Source: an uncultured delta proteobacterium (GTDB lineage Bacteria > Myxococcota_A > Polyangia > Polyangiales > JAFGIB01). Taken from it: a DNA stretch of 64,000 nt. Where the stretch lies: assembly GCA_963778655.1 (NCBI GenBank), contig CAVZVA010000010.1, forward strand, positions 1,664,001 through 1,728,000, given 5' to 3'. Position 1 is the first letter of the stretch, and each line of letters starts with the position of its first letter. This document shows, in pieces, positions 1-9,195 of this stretch. The notes beneath the pieces were generated by a model, which was not told the DNA's origin, did no database searches, and was given only the letters and a program-made list of their open reading frames with translations. A program made the translations under genes and the position numbers.

Positions 1-20
1 AATCCCGTTTGGGGGAGTCA

Positions 21-77
21 ACAGGAAGGTGGGAAGGGCGAAATTCAGCTGTGCTTCCCGTCTTCTCGCCTTGCCGT
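21..77. repeat. Palindromic repeat family B (ACAGGAAGGCGGGAAG...CTTCCCGTCTTCCCGCCTTCCTGT), degenerate copy
   Basis: acaggaaggtgggaag...cttcccgtcttctcgccttgccgt; related copies at 14865, 27812 and 53291. Confidence 0.7.
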
Positions 78-107
78 GAAGCTTCGGTCCGCGCACCCCC
101 ATACCTT

Positions 108-278
108 CTAGAGCACCGAACCTATTGAAACGTGTGCGAAGTCGGGGTCATGGCGGGATGCAGGGTGCGGGCGGGAGCCCGAAGGCGTAGTCCATCCTAC
201 GTCGAGCGGGGAGCGCGCGTGCCATGCGCCCGCGAGGGCCCCGAAATCGTGCGTGTTTCAATAGGTTCGGTGCTCTGG
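108..278. mobile_element. MITE-like element with 22-bp perfect terminal inverted repeats
   Basis: agagcaccgaacctattgaaac (110-131) is the exact reverse complement of gtttcaataggttcggtgctct (255-276); no transposase inside. Confidence 0.65.
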
Positions 279-281
279 GGT

Positions 282-980
282 CTAGGGGCGGGATAGCGCG
301 TCGCGCAGCCGTTGCAGGCGCGCCGCGCCCGCGACGTCGCCGCGCGCGCGCAGAGCGGCCAGCATGGGATCGAGCTGCGCCAGCGCCGCGAGCCCATAGG
401 CTTCGCGGATCAATGCGCTCGACTCGCGGTATTCGGTCCTGTCGAAGCGGCTCGCGGTCAGAAGCAGATCCCGCAGCATGCTGGGATCGCCCTTGGCGCG
501 CGTGTCGGCGTGATAGGCGATGCGGTACATGCGCACCGCGATGCCCCACCAATCGCGATTCACGGAATCCCAGGCCAACAGCAGCTGCGGTCGGGCGTCG
601 TTCTTGTGCGCTTGCCCGTAGGCGTAGAGCTGCTTTTCCTGCGCCGTGTCGAGCCACTGGCCGGCCAGCACACGCGCGTGCGCGGCCTGCATGAAATCGG
701 GCAGCGGCCCCGCGAACAGATCCACCGCCGGCTGCGCGGCAGGGGCCGCCGCAGTGGCCGCTGGCTGCACCGCCGGCGCGGCTCGCTGCGGCGAGGCCGC
801 AGCGGCAGGCTCGCCGCTCGCATGCGGCCGCTCGCTGCTGCCGTCGTCGCCGCTGCCGCGACCGCTCCCGACCGCGCCCGGGGGACCGGACAGCATCCAG
901 GCCATCATCGCCGCAAAGCCCAGGAGCACCGCGATCGCGAAGGCGAGCTTGCTGGTTTCACGAACCGCCACGCGTGCCAC
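282..980 (-). CDS. Hypothetical membrane-anchored protein
   Basis: N-terminal TM segment, Ala/Pro linker, helical C-terminal domain; directly downstream of the CpxP-like gene. Confidence 0.75.
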   Translation of the reverse strand: MARVAVRETSKLAFAIAVLLGFAAMMAWMLSGPPGAVGSGRGSGDDGSSERPHASGEPAAAASPQRAAPAVQPAATAAAPAAQPAVDLFAGPLPDFMQAAHARVLAGQWLDTAQEKQLYAYGQAHKNDARPQLLLAWDSVNRDWWGIAVRMYRIAYHADTRAKGDPSMLRDLLLTASRFDRTEYRESSALIREAYGLAALAQLDPMLAALRARGDVAGAARLQRLRDALSRP

Positions 981-990
981 AGACGAAGTC

Positions 991-1566
991 TTACCAGAAT
1001 CCGGGTCCGGGCCGCAGCTGCCGCAGCTTCTTGCGCTGCTCCGCGCTGAGCAGCGTCTGGATCTTGAGCAGCGTGCGCACGCGCAGCTTGATCAGCTCAG
1101 TCTGGAGCTGGCCGATCTTGTCAGCTTGCTTGAGCGCGGCGTCCGCGTCGGGCTTGTCCGCTTCGAGCAGGCGGCCCAGATCGAGGCGCGCTTGCGCGAG
1201 CTCGGCACCGAGCGCGATCCCCTGCTTGGCCGCATCGTAGATGGCATCCTTGACCTTCTTGCGCGCGGCCTCGGACAGACCGAGCTGGTCGATCGCGCGC
1301 TCCAGCATGTGCAGGCCCATCCCGGGACGCCCGCCTTGACCTTCGTGCATGAAGGGGCAGGTGTCGGGGTCGCACGGCGCACCGTCCGCCATCGGCCCGC
1401 GCCGCCCTTGCCTCCCGGGTGCGAGGCCCGGACCCGGTCGTGCGCCGGCCGGGCCCGGTCTACCGGCCATGGGGCCACCGCCTGCAGCCGCTCGCCCTTG
1501 TGCCCACGCGGGCAACGCCATCGAGAGCACCAGACCGACCACGACCAGCCGCGAAACACATATCAT
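991..1566 (-). CDS. Spy/CpxP-family periplasmic protein
   Basis: Signal peptide (ALPAWA), coiled-coil, LSAEQR motif resembling LTxEQ; AGGAGG upstream of the ATG at 1566. Confidence 0.8.
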   Translation of the reverse strand: MICVSRLVVVGLVLSMALPAWAQGRAAAGGGPMAGRPGPAGARPGPGLAPGRQGRRGPMADGAPCDPDTCPFMHEGQGGRPGMGLHMLERAIDQLGLSEAARKKVKDAIYDAAKQGIALGAELAQARLDLGRLLEADKPDADAALKQADKIGQLQTELIKLRVRTLLKIQTLLSAEQRKKLRQLRPGPGFW

Positions 1567-1924
1567 GTCGAGCCTCCTGCCAGGGATGTGCGAAGGCAGA
1601 GTACGCACCCTGGTCGGGGCAGCCATCGCCTTTTTGGCCGGGCGATTGAGCTTTCTGGGCGGGGATGGTACTCCTCCGGCCCGTGTTTGCCGGGCGGACG
1701 GCCCGAGCACGCCACCCCCTGGGTGGATGTATCGTCATGGCTCCAGAATCGCGCTGGAGCTCGCCTCGAGAAGAATGCGGCCAAGCACGAGGATACCCCG
1801 CGAGCTCGAAATGCGCTGATGTGTCCCGGGCGGGCCGCTCGCTGCCGGGACGAGTTCACGATCAACGACCAGACAGAGCGTGTTGGGGTGTAGTGCTCCG
1901 CCGCCGGGACAGCGAGAGGGTGAG

Positions 1925-3109
1925 ATGAAGCGTTTGACCGACTACGTAGTCTTCAACGACAAGAAGCTTGCGAAGAAGTACGCCAGCGCGCGCATCCCGA
2001 TGGCCACGCTGTACGAGGCGTACTTCGACGGCGCGATCGACATCCCCGGCGACATCTACGCGCTACTGCGTGACCGCAACCTGTTCGTGAAGTACTCGCT
2101 GACGCCCCAGCACATGAAGTGGGCGGTCACGAACTTCGTGCCCGAGGTCGCGATTCACTCCAAGGAGCAGGACGAGCGCATCGTGCGCGAGCACTACGAT
2201 CGCGGCGACGACTTCTTCGGTTGGTTCCTCGGCGAGCGCATGGTCTACACCTCCGGCTTCTTCACCAACCCGGCCGAGACACTGGAGCAGGCCCAGGACA
2301 ACAAGCTGAACCTGGTGTGCCAGAAGCTGCAGCTCGAGCCCGGCGAGCGCATGCTCGACATCGGCTGCGGCTGGGGCACGCTGGCGTGTCACGCCGCTCG
2401 CAACTACGGCGTCGACGCCACCGGCGTCACCATCGCGCAGAACCAGGCTGCGTTCGGCAACCGGCGCGCCAAGGAATGGGGCGTCGACTCGCGCGCGCGC
2501 ATCCTGTGCACCGACTACCGCGAGATTCCCGACGGCAAGTACGACAAGATCTCGAGCCTGGAGATGGTCGAGCACGTCGGCGTCAAGAACCTGCGCGCCT
2601 TCTACGAGCTGGTCGGCGATCTGCTGACCGACGACGGCCTGTTCCTGCTGCAGTGGACCGGCCTGCGCCGCGGCCTGCGCCCCGAGGATCTGATCTGGGG
2701 CTTGTTCATGAACAAGTACATCTTCCCCGGCGCCGACGCGAGCTTGTGCCCCGCGCCGATGCTGGCCGCGATGGAGAAGGCCGGCTGGGAGACGCATTCG
2801 GTCGAGAACATCACGATCCACTACAGCCTGACGATCAAGCGCTGGCACGATAACTGGCTCAGCAACCAGGACGCGGTGCGCGCGGCTTACGGCGAGCGCT
2901 GGTTCCGCATCTGGCATCTGTTTCTGGCCTGGTCGACCATCATCGGCGAGCAGGGCAACGCGGCCTGCTTCCAGGTGGTGCTCAACAAGAACCTCGACAG
3001 CTTCGATCGCACGCGCTGGATTGGCCGTCGCGGCGCGGTGATCGGCGACCGCATGAGCGTGATCCAGACCCCTGCGGCGCGCAGCGAGCGGGTCGAGGCC
3101 GCCGAATAG
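1925..3109 (+). CDS. CFA-synthase-family SAM methyltransferase, sphingolipid C9-methyltransferase-like
   Basis: HYDRGDDFFGWFLGERMVYTSG, LDIGCGWG, LEMVEHVG and EDLIWGLFMNKYIFPGADAS motifs. Confidence 0.9.
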   Translation: MKRLTDYVVFNDKKLAKKYASARIPMATLYEAYFDGAIDIPGDIYALLRDRNLFVKYSLTPQHMKWAVTNFVPEVAIHSKEQDERIVREHYDRGDDFFGWFLGERMVYTSGFFTNPAETLEQAQDNKLNLVCQKLQLEPGERMLDIGCGWGTLACHAARNYGVDATGVTIAQNQAAFGNRRAKEWGVDSRARILCTDYREIPDGKYDKISSLEMVEHVGVKNLRAFYELVGDLLTDDGLFLLQWTGLRRGLRPEDLIWGLFMNKYIFPGADASLCPAPMLAAMEKAGWETHSVENITIHYSLTIKRWHDNWLSNQDAVRAAYGERWFRIWHLFLAWSTIIGEQGNAACFQVVLNKNLDSFDRTRWIGRRGAVIGDRMSVIQTPAARSERVEAAE

Positions 3110-3179
3110 CCGCGGCACACATCCGCCCACGTACGCGCGCAGCGGCGCTTTTTCCAGCGCCGTGAGCTGGTATGCTCTG

Positions 3180-3326
3180 CTTCGCGTGCGGCTTGCAGGC
3201 CGCAGCGTGCGCTGAGGATGAACCGAAGCAGGGAGAGCGGAGCGAAGCGTGCCCGCCGGAGGGTGGGGCCCCCCGGGGCCAGGCTTTGCCGACGGGGCGG
3301 GGGGGGGCGCGTGAGCCTCCCGGTCA
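3180..3326 (-). repeat. Diverged copy of palindromic repeat family A
   Basis: Reverse complement reads tgaccgggaggctcacgcgccccc...cgccccgtcggcaaagcc...ggggccccaccc...ttcgctcc, colinear with the 11.8 kb tandem unit. Confidence 0.65.
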
Positions 3327-3333
3327 GAGCGCC

Positions 3334-3963
3334 ATGAACCAAATCTTCATTCCGATCGAGCGGGTGCTGCTGGAGACCGTGTTCGAGCGCGACCAGCGCA
3401 CGGAGTACGCGTTGCTCGAGCCGCAGGGAGAGGTCTCGCCGCTGCGCATTCGCTTCGACGACCTGCGGCGCGAGCTGCGCGGTCGCTTCAGCGACGAGCT
3501 GGACGCCGAGACCATCGTGGACCGCATCGAGCGCATGGAGGACGAGCAGCTGTTGGTGACGGTTACGCTCGAGCACGGCGCCACCGAGCGGCGCTGGAGC
3601 GTCAGCATCCGCACGCGCTATCCCTACGAGCTGGCGCGCCACCCCGCGGTGCTGAGCGAGCTGCGCAGGAGCCCCCGCCGCAAACCCGAGCAGCCCAAGG
3701 ACGTGCGGCTCGAGCTCGGCAACCGTTCGCTCGAGGGCACCGTGTACAACGTCTCCGAGCACGGTCTCGGGATCGCGGTGCTGACCACGCAGCTCGAGCG
3801 GCTGGGGCCGTTCCGCGTGGACGAGGCGGTCGAGCTGGTCGGCAGCCATCAGCGCGTCACTGGGCGGATCCGCTCGCAGTACCCGGCCTCCGGCGGCTGC
3901 GTGCTGGGAATCGAGCTGCGCGAGCGCCTCAGCCCACCGGGCGTGCCCGACATTGAGGCTTGA
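3334..3963 (+). CDS. PilZ domain protein
   Basis: RRSPR and NVSEHG c-di-GMP motifs in the C-terminal half. Confidence 0.8.
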   Translation: MNQIFIPIERVLLETVFERDQRTEYALLEPQGEVSPLRIRFDDLRRELRGRFSDELDAETIVDRIERMEDEQLLVTVTLEHGATERRWSVSIRTRYPYELARHPAVLSELRRSPRRKPEQPKDVRLELGNRSLEGTVYNVSEHGLGIAVLTTQLERLGPFRVDEAVELVGSHQRVTGRIRSQYPASGGCVLGIELRERLSPPGVPDIEA

Positions 3964-4113
3964 GCGATGAGGGGCGGCGCGCTGCTTGCCGCCCCTCCCC
4001 ATCGGGCCAAGCTTGCCGGGGTCCCTCCCCACGCGTAGGGGCGCTGCGCGTAGCCCTGAGCGGGCGAGCAGTGGGGCCACCGGGGCGGGCTGGCGTTGCC
4101 GGCGCTATCCCCT

Positions 4114-4923
4114 ATGCTGCCCGCCGCAGTGACGCCCGAACGCATGCACCAGCTCGCGCGCATCGCCCTGGAGGTGGCCCAGGAGGCGGCCGTGCTGGTG
4201 TTGCGGGGCTACCGCACGGCCCCTGCGTCGGCCGAGAAGGCGCGCCACGACCTGGTCACCGAGTTCGATCTGCAGAGCGAGCGGCTGCTGCGGCAGCGCC
4301 TGGGCCAGCGCACGCCGGAGCTCGCGCTGGTCGGGGAAGAGCAGGGCGGCGAGGCCTCGGGGCCGACCTGGTATTGCGATCCGATCGACGGCACCACGAA
4401 CTTCGTCCACGGCCACCCCTTCTTCTGCGTGAGCGTCGGGCTGATGGAGCGCGGCGTGCCGCTGCTGGGCGCGGTGGTCGCGCCGGCGCTGGGCACCCGC
4501 TGGCACGGCTTCGTCGGCGGCGGCGCGTTCCGCGACGGTGTGCCCTGCCGTGTGAGCGCGACCGCCGCGCTGGACCAGGCGCTGCTGGCGACCGGGTTTC
4601 ACCCCAAGTCGCAGCGGCGCGCGCCGGACGACAACCTCGGCAGCTTCGGTGCGTTGCTGCCGGATGCGCAGGGCATAAGACGCTGCGGCTCGGCCGCGCT
4701 CGACCTGTGTATGGTCGCCGACGGCACCTACGACGCGTACTGGGAACGCGCGCTCAACGCGTGGGACGTGGCGGCCGGCGCGGCGCTGGTGCTCGCGGCC
4801 GGCGGCCGGCTCAGCGATCTGCGCGGTGGCCCGTCCGACCTCACAGTGGGACACATCGTGGCTAGCAACGGGCATGTGCACCAGGCTGTGCTCGACCACC
4901 TGCCCGAGGCCGAATCGGATTGA
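4114..4923 (+). CDS. Inositol monophosphatase family protein (SuhB/CysQ superfamily)
   Basis: DLVTEFD, GEE, DPIDGTTNF and WDVAAG motifs. Confidence 0.9.
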   Translation: MLPAAVTPERMHQLARIALEVAQEAAVLVLRGYRTAPASAEKARHDLVTEFDLQSERLLRQRLGQRTPELALVGEEQGGEASGPTWYCDPIDGTTNFVHGHPFFCVSVGLMERGVPLLGAVVAPALGTRWHGFVGGGAFRDGVPCRVSATAALDQALLATGFHPKSQRRAPDDNLGSFGALLPDAQGIRRCGSAALDLCMVADGTYDAYWERALNAWDVAAGAALVLAAGGRLSDLRGGPSDLTVGHIVASNGHVHQAVLDHLPEAESD

Positions 4924-4962
4924 AACGACGCTCCAGCGGGGGTAGACCGCGCCACCAACGAC

Positions 4963-5877
4963 ATGTCGATCGACGCGCAAAGGTTGACGCACCTCAGGCA
5001 GCTCGAAGCCGAGAGCATTCACATCATCCGCGAGGTCGCCGCCGAGTTCGAGAAGCCTGTGATGCTGTACTCGATCGGCAAGGACTCGTCGGTGTTGGTG
5101 CGGCTGGCGATCAAGGCCTTCCATCCGGCCAAGCTGCCGTTTCCGTTGATGCACATAGACACCACCTGGAAGTTCCACGACATGATCGTGTTCCGCGATC
5201 GGTTCTGCGCCGAGAACGGCCTCGATCTGATCGTGCACACCAACCAGGCCGGTGTGGCGCAGGGCATCAACCCCTTCGACCACGGCAGCAAGAAGTACAC
5301 CGACGTGATGAAGACCCAGGCGCTGGTGGAGGCGCTGCAGCTGCACGGCTTCGACGCCGCGTTCGGTGGCGCGCGCCGCGACGAGGAGAAGTCGCGCGCC
5401 AAAGAGCGGGTATATTCCTTCCGCGACAAGTTCCAGCAGTGGGATCCGAAGAACCAGCGCCCCGAGCTGTGGAACCTGTACAACGGCCGCCACAACCCCG
5501 GCGAGAGTATCCGCGTGTTTCCGCTCTCGAATTGGACCGAGCTCGACGTGTGGCAGTACGTGTATCTGGAGAAGATCCCGATCGTGCCGCTTTACCTCGC
5601 GCAGCGCCGCCCCGTGGTCGAGCGCGACGGCACGCTGATCATGGTCGACGACCATCGCATGCGCTTCCTCCCGGGCGAGAAGCCGCAGCTGCGCAGCGTG
5701 CGCTTCCGCACGCTCGGATGCTATCCGCTCAGCGGCGCGATCGAGTCGGAAGCCGACACCCTGCCCAAGGTGATCCAGGAGATGCTGCTGACCCGCTACT
5801 CCGAGCGCCAGGGCCGGCTGATCGACTTCGACGAGGACGCGTCGATGGAGCAGAAGAAGCGCGAGGGTTACTTCTGA
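4963..5877 (+). CDS. cysD: Sulfate adenylyltransferase subunit 2
   Basis: [34 protein letters not shown] and [10 protein letters not shown]. Confidence 0.97.
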   Translation: MSIDAQRLTHLRQLEAESIHIIREVAAEFEKPVMLYSIGKDSSVLVRLAIKAFHPAKLPFPLMHIDTTWKFHDMIVFRDRFCAENGLDLIVHTNQAGVAQGINPFDHGSKKYTDVMKTQALVEALQLHGFDAAFGGARRDEEKSRAKERVYSFRDKFQQWDPKNQRPELWNLYNGRHNPGESIRVFPLSNWTELDVWQYVYLEKIPIVPLYLAQRRPVVERDGTLIMVDDHRMRFLPGEKPQLRSVRFRTLGCYPLSGAIESEADTLPKVIQEMLLTRYSERQGRLIDFDEDASMEQKKREGYF

Positions 5878-7712
5878 TGGACGCCGATCAGGAGTTGATC
5901 CGGCGCGACATCGAGGCCTACCTCGCCGCCCACGAGCGCAAGGATCTGCTACGCCTGACCACGGTGGGCTCGGTCGACGACGGCAAGTCGACGCTGATCG
6001 GCCGGTTGCTGTACGACGCCAACGGCGTGTACGAGGACCAGCTCGAGGCTGTGCGGCGCGCCTCCAACATGGAAGGCGCCGAGATCGATCTCTCGCTGCT
6101 GACCGACGGGCTCAAGGCCGAGCGCGAGCAGGGCATCACGATCGACGTCGCTTACCGCTACTTCACCACCGCCACGCGCAAGTTCATCATCGCCGACACA
6201 CCGGGCCACATCCAATACACGCGCAACATGGTGACCGGCGCGTCCACCGCCGACGTGGCGGTGATCCTGGTCGACGCCCGGTTGGGCGTGCTCGAGCAGT
6301 CGCGGCGCCACGCCTACCTAGCCTCCCTGCTGGGCATCCGCCATCTGTGCGTGGCCGTCAACAAGATGGACCTCAAGGGCTACGAGCAGTCGGTGTACGC
6401 CGCGATCTGCGGCGACTTCGAGGCTTTCGCGCAGCGCCTCGGGTTCAAGGACGTCACCTACATTCCGATCAGCGCGCTTCAGGGCGACAACGTGGTCAGC
6501 GCCAGCGCGCGCACGCCCTGGTACCAGGGGCCGACCGTGCTCGGCTACCTCGAGACCGTGCCGATCGCGCAGGATCGCAACCTCACCGACTTTCGCTTCG
6601 CGGTGCAGTACGTGCTGCGGCCGAATCTGGACTATCGCGGATTCGCCGGCCAGATCGCCAGTGGCGTGGTGCGCAAGGGCGATCGCGTGATGGTGCTGCC
6701 CTCGGGCAAGGTCACCACGGTCAAGGGCATCGACACCTATCGGGGCGAGCTCGACCATGCGTTCGCGCCGATGAGCGTGACCCTGCGGCTCGCCGACGAG
6801 GTCGACGTCAGCCGCGGCGACATGCTGGTGCCGGAGCAGAACCGTCCGCGCGCGTCGCGCCGTCTGGAGGCAGATCTGGTGTGGATGCACGAGCGGCCGC
6901 TCGACACCCAGAAGACCTACCTGCTCAAGCACACCAGCCAGATGGTGCGCGCGCAGGTCGATCGCATCGAGAGTAAGCTCGACCTGCAGACCCTGGAGCA
7001 CCATCCCGAAACGGAGCTCGGGCTCAACGACATCGCGCGCGTGTCGCTCACCTGCCGCCGCGCGCTGTACTTCGATCCTTATCAGAGCAACCGCCAGACG
7101 GGCGCTTTTATCCTGGTCGACTCGCTCAGCAACGCCACCGTCGCCGCCGGCATGATCCGCACCGTCCAGGGCGGCCAGGACCTGGAGCAAGCGCTCAAGG
7201 AGATCCGCGCCGGCTCGGGTCTGTCGCCCAAGACCGAGGTCAGCCCGCGCGAGCGGCGCGAGCGCATGGGGCAGAGCGGCGCCACCGTGTGGCTGACGGG
7301 ACTGCCAGGCTCAGGACGCTGGGCGCTGGCGTACGCGCTGGAGCGACGGTTGTTCGACCTGGGACGCACCGCGCACGTGGCCGACCCGGTGGGCGAGAGC
7401 CTGACGTCGATGATCTCGGCGGCCCGCGCCTGCACCAACGCGGGCCTGATCACGATCTGCGCGTTCGAGGCCAAGCTGCGCGCAGAGCGCGAGCAGGCGC
7501 GCGCGCGCATCGGTGCCGAGCGTTTCCTCGAGGTCTTCGTCGACACCAGCCCGGCGCTGTGCAGGGAGCGCAGGCCGGACGCCGACCTCGAGGGCTTCGA
7601 GCCGCCGCAGCAGCCCGCGATCACGCTGCAGCTCGAGCGGATGCGCATCCACGACGCGGTCAGCCTCATTCTCGAGGCGCTCGAGCAGGCCGGACAGTTC
7701 GTCGAGGTTTGA
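5877..7712 (+). CDS. cysN: Sulfate adenylyltransferase subunit 1 with a degenerate C-terminal APS-kinase-like domain
   Basis: GSVDDGKST, EREQGITIDVAY, DTPGH and NKMD; ATG overlaps the cysD stop; C-terminal WLTGLPGSGRW. Confidence 0.95.
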   Translation: MDADQELIRRDIEAYLAAHERKDLLRLTTVGSVDDGKSTLIGRLLYDANGVYEDQLEAVRRASNMEGAEIDLSLLTDGLKAEREQGITIDVAYRYFTTATRKFIIADTPGHIQYTRNMVTGASTADVAVILVDARLGVLEQSRRHAYLASLLGIRHLCVAVNKMDLKGYEQSVYAAICGDFEAFAQRLGFKDVTYIPISALQGDNVVSASARTPWYQGPTVLGYLETVPIAQDRNLTDFRFAVQYVLRPNLDYRGFAGQIASGVVRKGDRVMVLPSGKVTTVKGIDTYRGELDHAFAPMSVTLRLADEVDVSRGDMLVPEQNRPRASRRLEADLVWMHERPLDTQKTYLLKHTSQMVRAQVDRIESKLDLQTLEHHPETELGLNDIARVSLTCRRALYFDPYQSNRQTGAFILVDSLSNATVAAGMIRTVQGGQDLEQALKEIRAGSGLSPKTEVSPRERRERMGQSGATVWLTGLPGSGRWALAYALERRLFDLGRTAHVADPVGESLTSMISAARACTNAGLITICAFEAKLRAEREQARARIGAERFLEVFVDTSPALCRERRPDADLEGFEPPQQPAITLQLERMRIHDAVSLILEALEQAGQFVEV

Positions 7713-7761
7713 GCGACCGGCGCGGGTGACGCGCGGGCGGCGCCTCCCGTATGATCGCGGC

Positions 7762-8280
7762 ATGCGCCATCGCAGCCACGGCAGCGGTTCGTTTCGGCCG
7801 GAGCAGCTGGCCGCCTGCGGGCAGGACTGCGTGTTCGAGGCCGGCGTGTTGATCTTCCACCCCGAGAACGTGTTTCTCGGCCGCAACGTGTACGTCGGTC
7901 ACCGCACCATTCTGAAGGGCTACTACAAGAACCAGATGCGCATCGGCGATGAGAGCTGGATCGGGCAGCAGTGCTTTTTCCACAGCGCCGGCGGGATCGA
8001 GATCGGCGCGCACGTCGGGATCGGCCCGGGCGTGACCATCCTGACCTCGACGCACCAGGAGCTGGGGCGCAAGGTCGCGCCACTGCTCTCGCCGGTGGAG
8101 GCGGCGCCGGTGGTGATCGAGGACGAGGTCAATGTCGGCGTCGGCGCCATCCTGATGCCCGGTGTACGCGTCGGCCGCGGCGCGATCGTCGCCGCGGGCG
8201 CGGTGGTGACCCACGACGTGCAGCCCTACGCGGTGGTGGTGGGCGCGCCCGCGCGCTTCGTGCGAGAGCGGCCGCAGTAG
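7762..8280 (+). CDS. Hexapeptide-repeat acyltransferase
   Basis: Left-handed beta-helix repeats, GAIVAAGAVVTHDV...VVGAPAR. Confidence 0.88.
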   Translation: MRHRSHGSGSFRPEQLAACGQDCVFEAGVLIFHPENVFLGRNVYVGHRTILKGYYKNQMRIGDESWIGQQCFFHSAGGIEIGAHVGIGPGVTILTSTHQELGRKVAPLLSPVEAAPVVIEDEVNVGVGAILMPGVRVGRGAIVAAGAVVTHDVQPYAVVVGAPARFVRERPQ

Positions 8281-8284
8281 GGCG

Positions 8285-9148
8285 TTAGTGCTCGGGCGCG
8301 CCCGCGTCGGGCGCCGTCTGGGACGTGCCCGCGCCGGGCTTGGCGCCCGGGGGCGCGCTTGCGGCCGTGGTGCCGTCAGGCGCGGCCGGCTGTGCACCTT
8401 CGCTTGCCGAGGCCTCCGCCTGCTGCTCGGCCAGCACGCGGGCGTGCAGCGCCGCAGCTTGCGAGTTCTGCTGCTGCAGCTGCGCGAGCTGCTGCTGGCA
8501 CAGATCGAGCCAGGCCGCGTACACCGGCTGCGACTGGGCGGCCGCGGCTACGGCGCAGCCGCGCAGCGCGCGTTCGGCGTTCTGCACCCAGCTGGCCGAG
8601 GTGGCGTTGACCTGGTCGAGATAGATGTCGAGCAGCTTCGAGTCCGCGCGCACCGAGGGCGGCGGCGGAACCGCGAGCAGCTGCTGGTGCGCGCGCAGGT
8701 AGAGCAGCCCGACCAGCGCCGCGGCCGGCACACGCTCGGCGGGCGCGGCGGCGTCGATCTGCGCGAGCGGCCGCAGCGCCGCCTGCACCGCGTCGCCGCG
8801 CGCCTGCAGCCACGGCGCGAGCGTGGCCCGCAGCCATGTGTCGTAGCCCGCCTGGTCGGCCTCGGGCGGCGCCGCCGGTCCGGCCGCGCGCAGCAACGGC
8901 CGCGCGAGCCGGTAGCCTTGCGCAAAGCCCTGCGAGCTCGCCGACAGCGGCCGCGGCAAGGGCGGCAGGCCGTCGCGCTCGCCGGGTGCCCGCGCCTGCA
9001 CCACCGTCGCCTCCTCCACCACGATCTCGCTGCGCGCCGGCGGCCCGGCCGGCCGCGGCGTGGCCGCGGCGCAGCCCGCGAGCAAGATTGGGGGCAGCAG
9101 CCAGCCCGCCGCTGGCGGGCGCCGCAGCGACCAGACAAGTCTCGGCAC
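8285..9148 (-). CDS. Hypothetical lipoprotein (start uncertain)
   Basis: LLAGC lipobox followed by a helical domain. Confidence 0.6.
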   Translation of the reverse strand: MPRLVWSLRRPPAAGWLLPPILLAGCAAATPRPAGPPARSEIVVEEATVVQARAPGERDGLPPLPRPLSASSQGFAQGYRLARPLLRAAGPAAPPEADQAGYDTWLRATLAPWLQARGDAVQAALRPLAQIDAAAPAERVPAAALVGLLYLRAHQQLLAVPPPPSVRADSKLLDIYLDQVNATSASWVQNAERALRGCAVAAAAQSQPVYAAWLDLCQQQLAQLQQQNSQAAALHARVLAEQQAEASASEGAQPAAPDGTTAASAPPGAKPGAGTSQTAPDAGAPEH

Positions 9149-9195
9149 GCAGCCCACGCCCCGAGGATACGCGAGAATGCGCTTTCTCACCGCGC

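Noticed and set aside
1..20. 3' end of a tRNA at the window edge (aatcccgtttggggga)
   Set aside because: Too short, and no CCA or verifiable stem.
4920..5876. 930-aa ORF with a long N-terminal extension on cysN
   Set aside because: The extension is an alternative frame of cysD; the real start is the ATG at 5877.
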